64,000 nt of DNA from an uncultured Gemmatimonadales bacterium (GTDB taxonomy: Bacteria > Gemmatimonadota > Gemmatimonadetes > Gemmatimonadales > Gemmatimonadaceae), in NCBI GenBank assembly GCA_963850905.1, contig CAWKMU010000004.1, forward strand, positions 512,001 through 576,000, given 5' to 3'. Of the stretch, positions 29,365 to 39,354 are shown piece by piece (position 1 is the first letter of the stretch; every line of letters starts with the position of its first letter). The translations under genes were made by a program, and so were the position numbers. A model generated the notes under the pieces. That model did no database searches. It saw only the letters and a program-made list of their open reading frames with translations, and was not told the origin of the DNA.

Positions 29365-30540
29365 ATGACCGAGCCCAATCCTCTCGAGAGCGATTTCTCG
29401 CTGGTACTCGGTGGGCCCATCTTCCAGATCTATCGGAAGGCACACCTCTCGGGAACCGCGTTGGAGCTTTTGCAGCGTCGAATGGCGGTCATCACGCTGA
29501 TCGCCTGGCTCCCGTTGCTGGGTCTCACGCTTGCGCGATATGCAGGTGGCGGCATCAGTCCACTCTCCTTTTTTCGTGACGTGGAGGCGCACGTTCGCTT
29601 CCTCATCGCGCTACCGGTCCTCATCGCCGCCGAGGTAATTGTTCACCGGCGACTGCGTCTGGTCGTACGCAATTTCGTCGTCCGAGAGATCGTACGTCCC
29701 GAGGACGTGCCCGCCTACGATCGCGCACTCGCATCAGCCATTCGACTGCGGAATTCTGTTCCCCTAGAAGTCGGGTTGATGATCGCCGTGTACACCTTTG
29801 GTTTGGTGCTCTGGAGTTATCGCGCCCCGCCGGGTTATCCAACCTGGTATAGCGTGAGTGGCGACCGTTGGCGGCTGACGCCAGCCGGCTTCTGGTACGT
29901 CTTCGTCAGCATCCCGCTCTTCCAGATCATTCTGCTGCGTTGGTACCTCAGGCTGCTCATCTGGTTTCGTTTCCTGTGGTACGTCTCCAGGTTGAACCTG
30001 CATGTCGTTCCCACTCACCCCGATCGCTGCGGTGGGCTCGGCTTCCTGGGCAGAGCCGCGTATACGTTCGGGCCGATCCTGTTCGCGGAAGGAGCGTTGC
30101 TCTCGGGTCTGATCGCCACCAGCGTTCTGTACGGAGGAGAAACCTTGATGTCCTACAAGGTCGAGGCCGTGGGCTTCGTTGCGCTCTTTCTCTTCTTCCT
30201 GCTTGGGCCACTCTTGATGTTCACCCCGGCGTTGCTTCGCAACAAAAGAAAGGGATTGGCGGATTATGGCCTGTTCGGTGAACGATACGTCCAGGGGTTC
30301 GAGCAGAAGTGGATCTTGCAGGCGGCCCCGACCGGCCCACTCCTGGGAAGTCCCGACATCCAGTCGCTCGCCGATCTCGGCAACAGCTACGGTCTCGTGC
30401 GCCAGATGCGCGTGTTTCCATTCGGAGCCCAGGACATCGTCAATCTCGCGTGGGTCACCGCCTTACCGCTCCTGCCGCTCCTGCTCACAGTCTTCTCAGT
30501 GGATGAGCTCATCAAGCGGGTATTCAAGGTCTTGTTCTGA
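29365..30540 (+). CDS. Conserved hypothetical integral membrane protein
   Basis: FSLVLGGP, H.RFLIALP, PTHPDRCGGLGFL and DIQSLADLGNSY; 7-8 TM segments. Confidence 0.75.
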   Translation: MTEPNPLESDFSLVLGGPIFQIYRKAHLSGTALELLQRRMAVITLIAWLPLLGLTLARYAGGGISPLSFFRDVEAHVRFLIALPVLIAAEVIVHRRLRLVVRNFVVREIVRPEDVPAYDRALASAIRLRNSVPLEVGLMIAVYTFGLVLWSYRAPPGYPTWYSVSGDRWRLTPAGFWYVFVSIPLFQIILLRWYLRLLIWFRFLWYVSRLNLHVVPTHPDRCGGLGFLGRAAYTFGPILFAEGALLSGLIATSVLYGGETLMSYKVEAVGFVALFLFFLLGPLLMFTPALLRNKRKGLADYGLFGERYVQGFEQKWILQAAPTGPLLGSPDIQSLADLGNSYGLVRQMRVFPFGAQDIVNLAWVTALPLLPLLLTVFSVDELIKRVFKVLF

Positions 30541-30559
30541 CTCGGTCCCGACATTTGTC

Positions 30560-30587
30560 CGGCGTCTAGCGTCCAACGTCTGGCGTC
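30560..30587 (+). repeat. Heptamer tandem array (4 units)
   Basis: cggcgtc tagcgtc caacgtc tggcgtc. Confidence 0.6.
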
Positions 30588-30656
30588 GTGGGTGACAGTA
30601 ACAACAACGGCCGGACACGGCCGGCCTGAAGGTGTGCACAGACTCACCCCCGGCGG

Positions 30657-30717
30657 GTAGGGGCGACGCATGCGTCGCCCTCTAGCGTCTAGCGTCCAGC
30701 GTCCAGCGTCCAGCGTC
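30657..30717 (+). repeat. GTAG REP (30657-80) followed by a heptamer array (30683-717, 5 units)
   Basis: GTAG GGGCGACGCATGCGTCGCCC tc (tagcgtc)2 (cagcgtc)3. Confidence 0.85.
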
Positions 30718-30974
30718 TCAGCCCTTGGTCCTACGGACCAAAGGCCACCTCGTGATTGCGCCAACGAGCCGCGTGTGCAACCCCACGGCTGCGTACATGA
30801 CTCAGGCAGACCTTGGTCATGATTGCCGTAGAGGCGCGCGCGCTTTTGACTGATACCCATATCTGATCGTGCGTCGGCAAGGGGCGGAGCGCAGGTCGGC
30901 GCCACGTCCCACATGACCGGCGCCACCGCGACCGCGCGTCCGTCCACGGCGCATGCACAGCAACCCTCGCAGGC

Positions 30975-32507
30975 ATGTCTCAACGCCAAGCGGTCGTCGT
31001 CGTTGTCCTCCTTGCGAGCGTGCTCACCGCCTCGGCCTATGGCCAGACGACGGCCGGTGCGGCGGCCGACACCGCGACCGCCACGCAGAGATCCCAGCAG
31101 CCGCCAATAGCGTGCGAATCGCAACTGGGTCAGCGCACCCATTGCCCGGCAAACACATCGAAGGGCGTGGTGCTCGCGGGCTCGACGGGCGCGGCGCCGT
31201 GTTTGCTGGGCAAGACGTGGGGCTACGACGACACCGGCATCTGGGTGGCCGACGGATGCAGTGGTAAGTTCGAAACGGGCGAGGTCAAGCAAGCGGCAAC
31301 AACGAAGAAAGAGACCCCCCGCTACGTCCCCAACCTCGGATTCCTGCTCTTCGACGGTGACAAAGGCCAGATCTACTTCCGACTCTTCACGTACGCGCGC
31401 TATCTCAATCAACTCGGCCTCGATCCCATATACGTCGACCATTTCGGCGTCAGCCACTCCGTGCAGCTGCGCCAGGATATCCAACTGACGAAATTCTTCG
31501 CCCCATTCGCGGGTTGGTTCCTGACGCCGCAGTTCCGGTACTACCTCTATGTCTGGTCGGCCAACACCTCACAGGGCCTGCCGGCGCAGGTCGTCGGCGG
31601 CGGCAATTTCAGCTGGACGTTCAACAGGTTCCTGACGCTTGGCGCCGGGATCTATGCTCTGCCGTCAGTGCGAAGTACTGAGGGCCAGTTCCCCTACTGG
31701 CTGGGCGTCGACGACCGCCTCACCGCGGACGAGTTTTTTCGCGGCTCGTACACGCAAGGCATATTCATCAAGGGCGAGCTGACCTCGAAGCTCAAGTACT
31801 CCGCGATGCTCGCAAACAACTTGAGCACCCTTGGCGTGAGCGCGGCACAACTCGACAACAAACTTGGCACGCAGAGCGCCTCACTCGTGTGGCTGCCCTC
31901 AACCGGGGAATTTGGCCTGTACGGGACGTTCGGCGACTACGACGACCACCAGCAGGTCGCCACGCGGCTCGGCGCGCATTATACGCATAGCCTCGAAGAC
32001 GCACAGAGCCAGCCCGGAACGGAAAGCATCGAGAACACCCAGATTCGCCTCACGGACGGCAGCATCATCTTCACGCCCGATCTGTTTGGTCCCGGGATCA
32101 CGGTGAACAAGCTGGATTACCAGATGACGAGCTTCAATGGCGGCATCAAGTACCGGGGCGTGGCGCTCGAGGGCGAGTTCTACAGTCGCTGGCTGAACAA
32201 CTACCGGGGCACGAATATCGATGGCCTCCACACCATCAATGACGTCGGCTACCAGATGCAGTCGTCCGGGATGGCCATACAGAAGTTCCTGCAGGTATAT
32301 GTCAGCGGATCGCAAATTTTCGGCAGCTACGGCAACGCGTCGGAGCTTCGCGCGGGCGCCAACTGGTACGTGATCGGTCAGCGCGGACTGCGTCTCAACG
32401 CCGAATGGATTCACCTGGTCCATTCGCCGGTCGGATACCTGGCCGTGCCCTATCCCGTCGGAGGCAACGGCAATCTGTATAGCGTCGCCTTCGAGATGAA
32501 CTTTTAA
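30975..32507 (+). CDS. Outer-membrane beta-barrel (porin-like) protein with N-terminal Cys-rich DUF3011-like domain
   Basis: Signal peptide; CES....RTHC...C..GKTWGYD..GIWV.DGC.G.F; aromatic beta-strands and terminal Phe. Confidence 0.7.
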   Translation: MSQRQAVVVVVLLASVLTASAYGQTTAGAAADTATATQRSQQPPIACESQLGQRTHCPANTSKGVVLAGSTGAAPCLLGKTWGYDDTGIWVADGCSGKFETGEVKQAATTKKETPRYVPNLGFLLFDGDKGQIYFRLFTYARYLNQLGLDPIYVDHFGVSHSVQLRQDIQLTKFFAPFAGWFLTPQFRYYLYVWSANTSQGLPAQVVGGGNFSWTFNRFLTLGAGIYALPSVRSTEGQFPYWLGVDDRLTADEFFRGSYTQGIFIKGELTSKLKYSAMLANNLSTLGVSAAQLDNKLGTQSASLVWLPSTGEFGLYGTFGDYDDHQQVATRLGAHYTHSLEDAQSQPGTESIENTQIRLTDGSIIFTPDLFGPGITVNKLDYQMTSFNGGIKYRGVALEGEFYSRWLNNYRGTNIDGLHTINDVGYQMQSSGMAIQKFLQVYVSGSQIFGSYGNASELRAGANWYVIGQRGLRLNAEWIHLVHSPVGYLAVPYPVGGNGNLYSVAFEMNF

Positions 32508-32527
32508 CGCGCCCGCGGCCTGCGATA

Positions 32528-33496
32528 CTAACCAATGCGGAGGACGACCTTTCCAAGCACGTGTCCTTGTGCAAGCCTCTGGTGCGCCTTGGCTGCCTGC
32601 CCCAGAGGATACGAGCTGTCGATGGGCACCTGCAGGCCGGCCGCATCCACCGCGCGGCTGAGGCGCCGGAACTGCGAGACGCCTGGCTCGCCATCGTACG
32701 ACACGACTTTGATCCCGCGCCGCTTTCGCGGCGGCGACTCGACGCCGTTCGGGTAGGCCACCCGCCCGCCAGCGCGCAGCGCATCGAGGCAGCGCCGGAG
32801 TCCCACACCTCCGGCGAGTGCCAGCACGGCATCGACCCCCGACGGTGCGAACGTCTTCGCCGCGAGCGCGATGTCTTCCTTCCGGCCATCCACAGCGGCA
32901 TCCGCGCCAAGCCGCTTCACCAGCGCCACCCCGTCAGCGCCAGAGGCGGATGCGAGCACACGGGCGCCGCGAAGCTTGGCGAACTGCACGGCCAGCGTGC
33001 CGACCCCGCCCGACGCACCATGCACAATGATCGTTTCACCGCGTCGCATGTGAAGGGCGTCGTCGATCCCCTGAAGAGCCGTGAGGCCGACGGCCGCAAT
33101 GGCACCGGCTCGCCGGAGATCGAGCGTGTCGGGGATCACCGCAACGTCGTCCGCCGCGACGGCCACGTACTGCGCGTAGAACCCACCCTTCGGATTCGCG
33201 AAACCGGACCCGTAAACAAGGTCGCCGATCGCGAGCCGCCTGACGCGGGCCCCCACCGCGGCAACAATCCCCGACCCGTCCGTGCCGAGGATGAGCGGGA
33301 AGCGCGGGCGACGCCCACTCGGCCACCAGCCGGCTCGCATGTCCGCATCCCACTGGGCTACGCCGGCCGTGTCCACGCCGATCAGTACTTCGTTCGCCTG
33401 GATCGGCGGTACGGGCACCTGATGCAGCGTGAGCACCTGCGGGCGCCCAAACCGATCGATCGCAGCAGCGCGCATGGTTTCTTTCACTACAGGCAC
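32528..33496 (-). CDS. NADP-dependent MDR / quinone oxidoreductase family protein
   Basis: P.ILGTD.SG, GLTALQG, HGASGGVGTLAVQFAK and GKVVL. Confidence 0.9.
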   Translation of the reverse strand: MPVVKETMRAAAIDRFGRPQVLTLHQVPVPPIQANEVLIGVDTAGVAQWDADMRAGWWPSGRRPRFPLILGTDGSGIVAAVGARVRRLAIGDLVYGSGFANPKGGFYAQYVAVAADDVAVIPDTLDLRRAGAIAAVGLTALQGIDDALHMRRGETIIVHGASGGVGTLAVQFAKLRGARVLASASGADGVALVKRLGADAAVDGRKEDIALAAKTFAPSGVDAVLALAGGVGLRRCLDALRAGGRVAYPNGVESPPRKRRGIKVVSYDGEPGVSQFRRLSRAVDAAGLQVPIDSSYPLGQAAKAHQRLAQGHVLGKVVLRIG

Positions 33497-35367
33497 TCCC
33501 TGACGGTTTGTGCGATATGCTCGGCATCGATCCCGGCGACGCTCAAGAGCTCTGACGGCGTGCCAGAGGTCGGCATCGCGCGCACCGCCAGCTTGATCAC
33601 AGTCAGTGTTGTTTCCATCGCTCCGGCGAACGCATTAAGGACCGCATCGCCCAGCCCGCCCTCGTACCAGTGATCTTCCACTACCACGAGCCGACCTCCC
33701 GTGACCCGCGCTGCCTCATGCAACGCCTCTACATCGATCGGCTTCACCGAATACGCATCAATGACTCGCACTCGGATGCCCTCCGACTGAAGCTGTTCGT
33801 ACGCGCGCAAGCTCTCGTGCAGCGTGATACCGGCAGCGATGATCGCGACCTGATCCGCATCTGAATGCCGGACCGCCTTGCTCCCGCCAATGGCAAACGT
33901 TTCGCCAGCGGGATAGATGACCGGTGTCGCGCCGCGGGTTGCGCGCAGATAAGAGATGCCAGGCAGGTCAGCCATTGCGGCCACGAGATGTGCCGTCTGG
34001 TTGGCATCACAAGGGTACAGCACGGTGCTGCCATGAACGGCCCGCATCATCGCCAGATCTTCGAGGGCCATCTGCGATGGCCCGTCCTCCCCGATGCTCA
34101 CGCCCGGGTGCGTCCCACACAGGCGAATGGTTGCATTCGACACAGCCGCCATGCGGATTTGGTCGAAGGCGCGGCTCAAGAAGGCGGCGAAGGTCGCGGC
34201 AAATGCCCGCTTTCGCAACACGCTGAGGCCGACGGCGGCTGAGACGAGTTGTTGCTCCGCGATGTACATCTCGAAGAATCGATCGGGATAGGCTGTGTTG
34301 AACTCCTCGGTGAACGTCGAATTGGATACCTCGCCGTCGAGGACCACGACGTCCGGCCGATTCGCGCCAACCGCCACGAGCGCGTCGCCGAACGCCTTCC
34401 GGACCGCTTCTTCGCTCCCGACCTGGTACACTGGCAGCTTCAACGGCCGGCCCGGGCGTTGGGTCGACGGTTGTAGTGGCGCGGGCTGGGCGACGGCCAC
34501 AATAAGGTGACGTTCACCGCCTAGCTCCTCGATGGCTTGTTTCGCCTGGTCGCGATTGAGGGGCTTGCCATGCCACCCTTCCTTGTTCGCCACGAGCGGC
34601 ACCCCGGAGCCCTTCACCGTCTTGGCAACGATGCACGTCGGTTGCTCGGTCTGCGCGAGCGCTTCCTCGTAGGCGCCATCGATGGCGGCTGCGTCGTGGC
34701 CGTCGATCTCGATGGCGTGCCATCCGAAGGCCCGCGCACGGGCGGCGTAGACAGGTGCGTCCCAACCCAGCTCCGTGGGCCCTCGCTGACCCAAGCGGTT
34801 CATGTCCAGAATGGCGATCAGGTTGTTCAGCTTGTAATGGCCGGCCTTGTCGAACGCCTCCCAGATGGATCCTTCGGCCATCTCGCTGTCACCCAGCAAT
34901 GTCCACACGGTGAAGGGCAGCTTGTCCAGATACTTGCCACCGAGCGCCATGCCAACACCGATCGGAAGGCCCTGCCCCAAGGAACCGGTCGCGACATCCA
35001 CCCACGGCAAGCCTTGCGGCGCGCCGTGAGACTCCAGGCTCTGCAAAGGCTTCGGATGTCCTTCGAGCCGGCTGCCCAACGTCCGCAGCGACATCAGCTC
35101 TTCGTCCGTGATGACGCCGGCCGCTTTATACATCGCATAGAGCAGCGGACTAGCATGGCCCTTGGAGAAGATGAGGCGGTCGTTGTTCGGGTTGTCTGGA
35201 CGGGGCCAGTCGTATTTGAGGTATTTGGTTAGGAGCACCGCCATCAGGTCAGCGGCCGACATCGAGGATGTCGGGTGGCCCGATCCGGCCGCCGTGGTGC
35301 ACCGGATACTGTCGACCCTGAGTTGGCTTCCCAACTCCCGGATGCGCTGCACGTCGTCCACGACCAT
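33487..35367 (-). CDS. tkt: Transketolase (short type)
   Basis: SGHPTSSMS, FSKGHA, LEGHP, TGSLGQG, GDSE..EGS.WEA, IAEQ and GEDGPSQM. Confidence 0.92.
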   Translation of the reverse strand: MVVDDVQRIRELGSQLRVDSIRCTTAAGSGHPTSSMSAADLMAVLLTKYLKYDWPRPDNPNNDRLIFSKGHASPLLYAMYKAAGVITDEELMSLRTLGSRLEGHPKPLQSLESHGAPQGLPWVDVATGSLGQGLPIGVGMALGGKYLDKLPFTVWTLLGDSEMAEGSIWEAFDKAGHYKLNNLIAILDMNRLGQRGPTELGWDAPVYAARARAFGWHAIEIDGHDAAAIDGAYEEALAQTEQPTCIVAKTVKGSGVPLVANKEGWHGKPLNRDQAKQAIEELGGERHLIVAVAQPAPLQPSTQRPGRPLKLPVYQVGSEEAVRKAFGDALVAVGANRPDVVVLDGEVSNSTFTEEFNTAYPDRFFEMYIAEQQLVSAAVGLSVLRKRAFAATFAAFLSRAFDQIRMAAVSNATIRLCGTHPGVSIGEDGPSQMALEDLAMMRAVHGSTVLYPCDANQTAHLVAAMADLPGISYLRATRGATPVIYPAGETFAIGGSKAVRHSDADQVAIIAAGITLHESLRAYEQLQSEGIRVRVIDAYSVKPIDVEALHEAARVTGGRLVVVEDHWYEGGLGDAVLNAFAGAMETTLTVIKLAVRAMPTSGTPSELLSVAGIDAEHIAQTVRECL

Positions 35368-35449
35368 GCTCCTTCCCTCGGGAATGGACCCGTCGATTCA
35401 AGGGAACGGGATGCGCATGAAGTTGGCCAACAAGGCTTGCGAAACGCCG

Positions 35450-37015
35450 CTATTGCGCGGCAAATGCCTTGCCGCGGACCGTCGCGTAAACCGAATCGAA
35501 GACCCTGAGTCTGTTGATATTCGCCACACCACCGATCACGATCGGATTGGCGAGATACAGGACCCTGCCATCCGCGCTCGTGAATGCCGGCCAGGGCGGC
35601 AGGCCCGGTCCGTTCGGATCACCCGATCGCGCAAAGTTTACCCAATAGCTGGACATTTCCTCGGCCAGGTTCCGGTCTGCGGCGCTCCAGTGCCACGGCT
35701 CCTGTTCCAAATGGTCGAAGACGTACCAGAGTTCAGCGAAGTGGCTCGCGCCCCAGCCCTCGTACACCGAGCCAACCGGAAATGGCGGCCGCTGTCTGAA
35801 CGAGTAGTAGTAGACCTGGCTCTTCCCCGTTCCGGCCTGCAACCTCGCCCAGGCCCACATGTCCCAGCCGAAGCGGAGGTCGCGCTCGAGATCGAGCCGC
35901 GCCTGCCGTGCCTCGTCGTCGGTCCCAAACGGATACGCGGCGACAAGAGGAGCCGGCAGCTCGCCCCAGCTGTGCGTCAAGTCGCTCCGGAAGGTTGCGG
36001 CCTTCACCTGAGCAACATCCACCAACGAACGCGCCTCATCGGCGTTCGAACCGACAAGCACCGCGACATCGTTCCGTTGCCCTGAAGCGAAGGCTTCGTA
36101 GGGTGTGACGGGAAGCACCCAGGGCTCGATCACCGGATGGCTGACCTCGCCGGCGTTGCCGCCAAGCAGGGTCGCCGCCGGCAATTCTCGGAGTTGCTGG
36201 AGCGAGGTCACTCCCAGCGAAGCCGCGTACTTCTCACCGTCGCGTTCCGCATTGGTTAGCAGGTACGCTGGTGCGAGCTGGATCGGCTCAAAGAGACCAC
36301 CGCTCTCGCCGATGGCGCGCTGAAACAGCCCCTTCGCGAGGGGCGAGGCCATCAGAATGCTGACCGATATCGCCCCGGAGGATTGACCGGCGATGGTGAC
36401 GCGTTTCGGGTCGCCGCCAAACGCCGCGATGTTCCTCTGAATCCATTGCAGGGCGGCGAGCTGGTCCATCAGTCCATAGTTCCCTGACGAGCGGTGCGTC
36501 GATTCACGGGTCAACTCCGGGTGTGCAAGAAAGCCAAGGGGACCCAGTCGATAGGCGATGGTGACAGCGATCACGCCTTTGTGGGCGAGGCGGTCGCCCC
36601 AATAGAGGGGCATCGAAGCGGATCCATTGCGGTAGGCTCCCCCATAGATCCAAACGATCACGGGAAGTTGCGCATGCGCGCGGCTCGCCGGAGTCCAGAT
36701 GTTGAGGTACAGGCAGTCCTCGTTGACCACCGGCGGCGCCTCGCCGGGCATGGATACACCACGCTGCATACACGCGGGGGCAAACGCATCGGCCTTTCGA
36801 GTGCCAGACCAGGCTGCGACACGTGCGGGCGGTCGCCACCGCAAATCACCGACCGGAGGAGCGGCGAACGGCACACCTTTGTAGACGTTCACGCCGCTGT
36901 GGCGTGCTCCGGATATCGCGCCGCCCTCTGTCCGCACCGTCTGTGCGCGAGGAGAGGAAGTGCAAAGAAGGCTCGAGAGACTCAGCGCCAAACCCGTCGT
37001 TATCGGAGATCTCAT
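35450..37015 (-). CDS. Secreted type-B carboxylesterase/lipase
   Basis: GVPFAAPPVGDLRW, EDCLYLNIW, WIYGG, GQSSG nucleophile and GASHFAE. Confidence 0.9.
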   Translation of the reverse strand: MRSPITTGLALSLSSLLCTSSPRAQTVRTEGGAISGARHSGVNVYKGVPFAAPPVGDLRWRPPARVAAWSGTRKADAFAPACMQRGVSMPGEAPPVVNEDCLYLNIWTPASRAHAQLPVIVWIYGGAYRNGSASMPLYWGDRLAHKGVIAVTIAYRLGPLGFLAHPELTRESTHRSSGNYGLMDQLAALQWIQRNIAAFGGDPKRVTIAGQSSGAISVSILMASPLAKGLFQRAIGESGGLFEPIQLAPAYLLTNAERDGEKYAASLGVTSLQQLRELPAATLLGGNAGEVSHPVIEPWVLPVTPYEAFASGQRNDVAVLVGSNADEARSLVDVAQVKAATFRSDLTHSWGELPAPLVAAYPFGTDDEARQARLDLERDLRFGWDMWAWARLQAGTGKSQVYYYSFRQRPPFPVGSVYEGWGASHFAELWYVFDHLEQEPWHWSAADRNLAEEMSSYWVNFARSGDPNGPGLPPWPAFTSADGRVLYLANPIVIGGVANINRLRVFDSVYATVRGKAFAAQ

Positions 37016-37067
37016 GTCCCAGGGTACGGCGGGACGCACGCGATTGTTTCGGCGCAGCCGATCGATC

Positions 37068-38909
37068 TCAGTGTGCCGACCCAACTCCATTGTGGACGAT
37101 GAACAGCCCGTCCGGATCGTATTTCTTCTTGATTTGGGCGAGACGCGGATAGTTGCTGCCCCAGTACGCGTGCTCGAAGTCCTTCTCGAAGTAGTTGCTC
37201 TCGCTCACGTACGCGCCCGTGTCTCCTGTGACGGCTCGAAGTTGATCGACAGAGCGATCAATGCGCTGCGCAGCTCGTCGCCCTTCCTCAATCGACGGCT
37301 CGAACCCCGCAATTCCCGGATAGGCGGGTCCTTGACCATCAGCCACGATCGCCAATGCGAAAGCGGTGAGGACTGAAGGATTCGTCGCGGTGTCTTTCGC
37401 CGCGGCGAGGACGTCGCTCGGCGCGCCCGCCAATCCCTTGTTGAAGTGCAATTCCACACCTGACTGGCGAGACGCGCCAAATAATGCATCAGCGAGGCGC
37501 TGTTGAGAGTCGCCTTCAAGCAACGACGCTGGCAGCCACAGCGACTCGTAACCCCAGATGAACCATCCCACTTGCCCGCCGTCCCCTTTCCACCACGCAT
37601 TATTGGGTCCGGCACCCGGCCGATCGTCCAACGTGAAGATAGGCTGCGCCAGGTGTGCCAGCAGGTGATCGAAGAGTCCGATGAACGGGTTCGAGTTGGG
37701 GAAGGCCGTCTCGGGCCAATGCGCTTTCCACCATTGCACGTCCCACATGTGCTGCGCGGGCCAGCTCCCGATAGTCACCCTCGATTTAATCGAATACAGG
37801 TTGGGCGAACGCGTGGCCCAGTCCAGGAAGGGCTGCCACGTTTTCTTCGCCTCGTCAGTGTCTAATCCTTGAGAGAGCATCGCGATCTCGAGCGTGTTGT
37901 CGGAATGCACGCGTGCCTGCTCTCCCCAATGCTCGTTGAAGAGATGCTCGCGATAGAAGCTCAGGAACTCTCGGATGAGGCGTCGATAGGCATCATCGGA
38001 TGCCGCTTTGATCGCGAAGCTGGCGGCACCGAAGAATTCGGGAAGATCGTGCAGCCTGAGCGTGAGGCTGCTCACGACACCGAAGGTGCCCCCTCCGCCC
38101 CCTTTCAGTGCCCAGAACAGATCAGGATTTGTGCACGCATTCGCGATTCGCACCGTGCCATCGGCAGTGACGACTTCGGCTTGCAACAGGCTCGCTGCGG
38201 CAGTGCCGTAGTGCTTCGAGTGGCTACCAAAGCCGCCGCCTTGAACGAGTCCGGCCACGCCCACCGTCGTGCAGCCTCCGCCTTGCACGTATTTCCCACC
38301 CTGCGTCGTCACAGCCTGGTAGGCCTGCATCCAGATCGTTCCGGCGCCAAGCGTGACCGCGGGTTGTGGCTGCATCGCGCGTTCGCATCCTTGCGGAACG
38401 AATGCGCTGTGCATGGCGATGGCGTGCATATGCCTGGTCCAAACGAGAAGCGAGTTGGGTGCGTTGGAAGTCCCCTGATAGCTGTGGCCGCCCCCTTTCA
38501 CGACGAGCCGAACGTTGTTTTCGCGGGCGAATCTGACCGCTTCGGCAATATCGTTGGCATGTCGTGCCGCGACCGCGTACACGCTCGGTTTGGTAGCCCA
38601 CGCATCGACCCATCCCAGAGTCTGCGTGAGGCCAGGCTGATCGCCCACGTAATATGGATTGCCCAGATCCTTGATGAGACGGGTGGCTGCGGCACCTGTG
38701 GGATCCGTTTTCAATATGGAAAGCGGAAAGTCGATGGGAATCAGATTGCCACCGACCGCATCGTTGAGACGCTTCCATGCCGCGTCCGATGGCCACCCGG
38801 CACGGGTGGACCGGCGCAGGCGAAACCGCTGACTCGACCACAGGTGGCGTGACAGGATCGGGGGCAGAGCGCCCCATCCCAGCGCCTGCAAGAAGAGTCG
38901 TCTGTTCAT
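37068..38909 (-). CDS. Tat-exported FAD-linked oxidase (berberine-bridge-enzyme-like)
   Basis: MNRRLFL Tat signal; VKGGGHSY, GGGCTTVG, DLFWALKGGGGGTFGVV and YWGSNYPRL..IK.KYDP. Confidence 0.88.
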   Translation of the reverse strand: MNRRLFLQALGWGALPPILSRHLWSSQRFRLRRSTRAGWPSDAAWKRLNDAVGGNLIPIDFPLSILKTDPTGAAATRLIKDLGNPYYVGDQPGLTQTLGWVDAWATKPSVYAVAARHANDIAEAVRFARENNVRLVVKGGGHSYQGTSNAPNSLLVWTRHMHAIAMHSAFVPQGCERAMQPQPAVTLGAGTIWMQAYQAVTTQGGKYVQGGGCTTVGVAGLVQGGGFGSHSKHYGTAAASLLQAEVVTADGTVRIANACTNPDLFWALKGGGGGTFGVVSSLTLRLHDLPEFFGAASFAIKAASDDAYRRLIREFLSFYREHLFNEHWGEQARVHSDNTLEIAMLSQGLDTDEAKKTWQPFLDWATRSPNLYSIKSRVTIGSWPAQHMWDVQWWKAHWPETAFPNSNPFIGLFDHLLAHLAQPIFTLDDRPGAGPNNAWWKGDGGQVGWFIWGYESLWLPASLLEGDSQQRLADALFGASRQSGVELHFNKGLAGAPSDVLAAAKDTATNPSVLTAFALAIVADGQGPAYPGIAGFEPSIEEGRRAAQRIDRSVDQLRAVTGDTGAYVSESNYFEKDFEHAYWGSNYPRLAQIKKKYDPDGLFIVHNGVGSAH

Positions 38910-39354
38910 GGAGGCTGGACCTTCGCCGATTCGAGTAGTGAATGCCGAAGTCGCCGAGAGATGCGGCCATGCCAGCGCACGCGTGGTGAGTGAGTATACT
39001 CGCCCAGCTCGAATTGTGTATTGAGACCACCCTGCGCGACTGGGGGCGGCGCAGCCGATCGGAGGGGACGCTCGCGGCACCGGTGGTGGTAAAGGGCTAA
39101 CCCGTCAGACGAGCTCGCATGCGTTGTATGCTACTTGACTGCTTACAGTTTCATTTGGCAATATCGTAATATGCGTAATTACACTGGTGCTCCATTATAT
39201 TGCGTTGTGTGACCGATCGCGTGTCCCGGACCCATCCCTGCGTCTTGGTGCTTGGACTCGAGGCGAGCGGTTGTCGCCGTTCGCCGAGAACGCAGGGTTG
39301 CGGTGATCCGACAGCGGCGCGCGCCACAACACTACGATCACGAGGGAGTCGTTT

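Noticed and set aside
12814..30717. Repeat arrays as a CRISPR array
   Set aside because: Units are 7-bp tandem or dispersed 24-bp palindromes, with no repeat-spacer periodicity and no cas genes
39120..39220. Fifth phased box array upstream of MarR paralogue 1
   Set aside because: AT-rich with CAAT/ATTG half-sites, but the 15-bp phase and the -35/-10 spacing are not convincing
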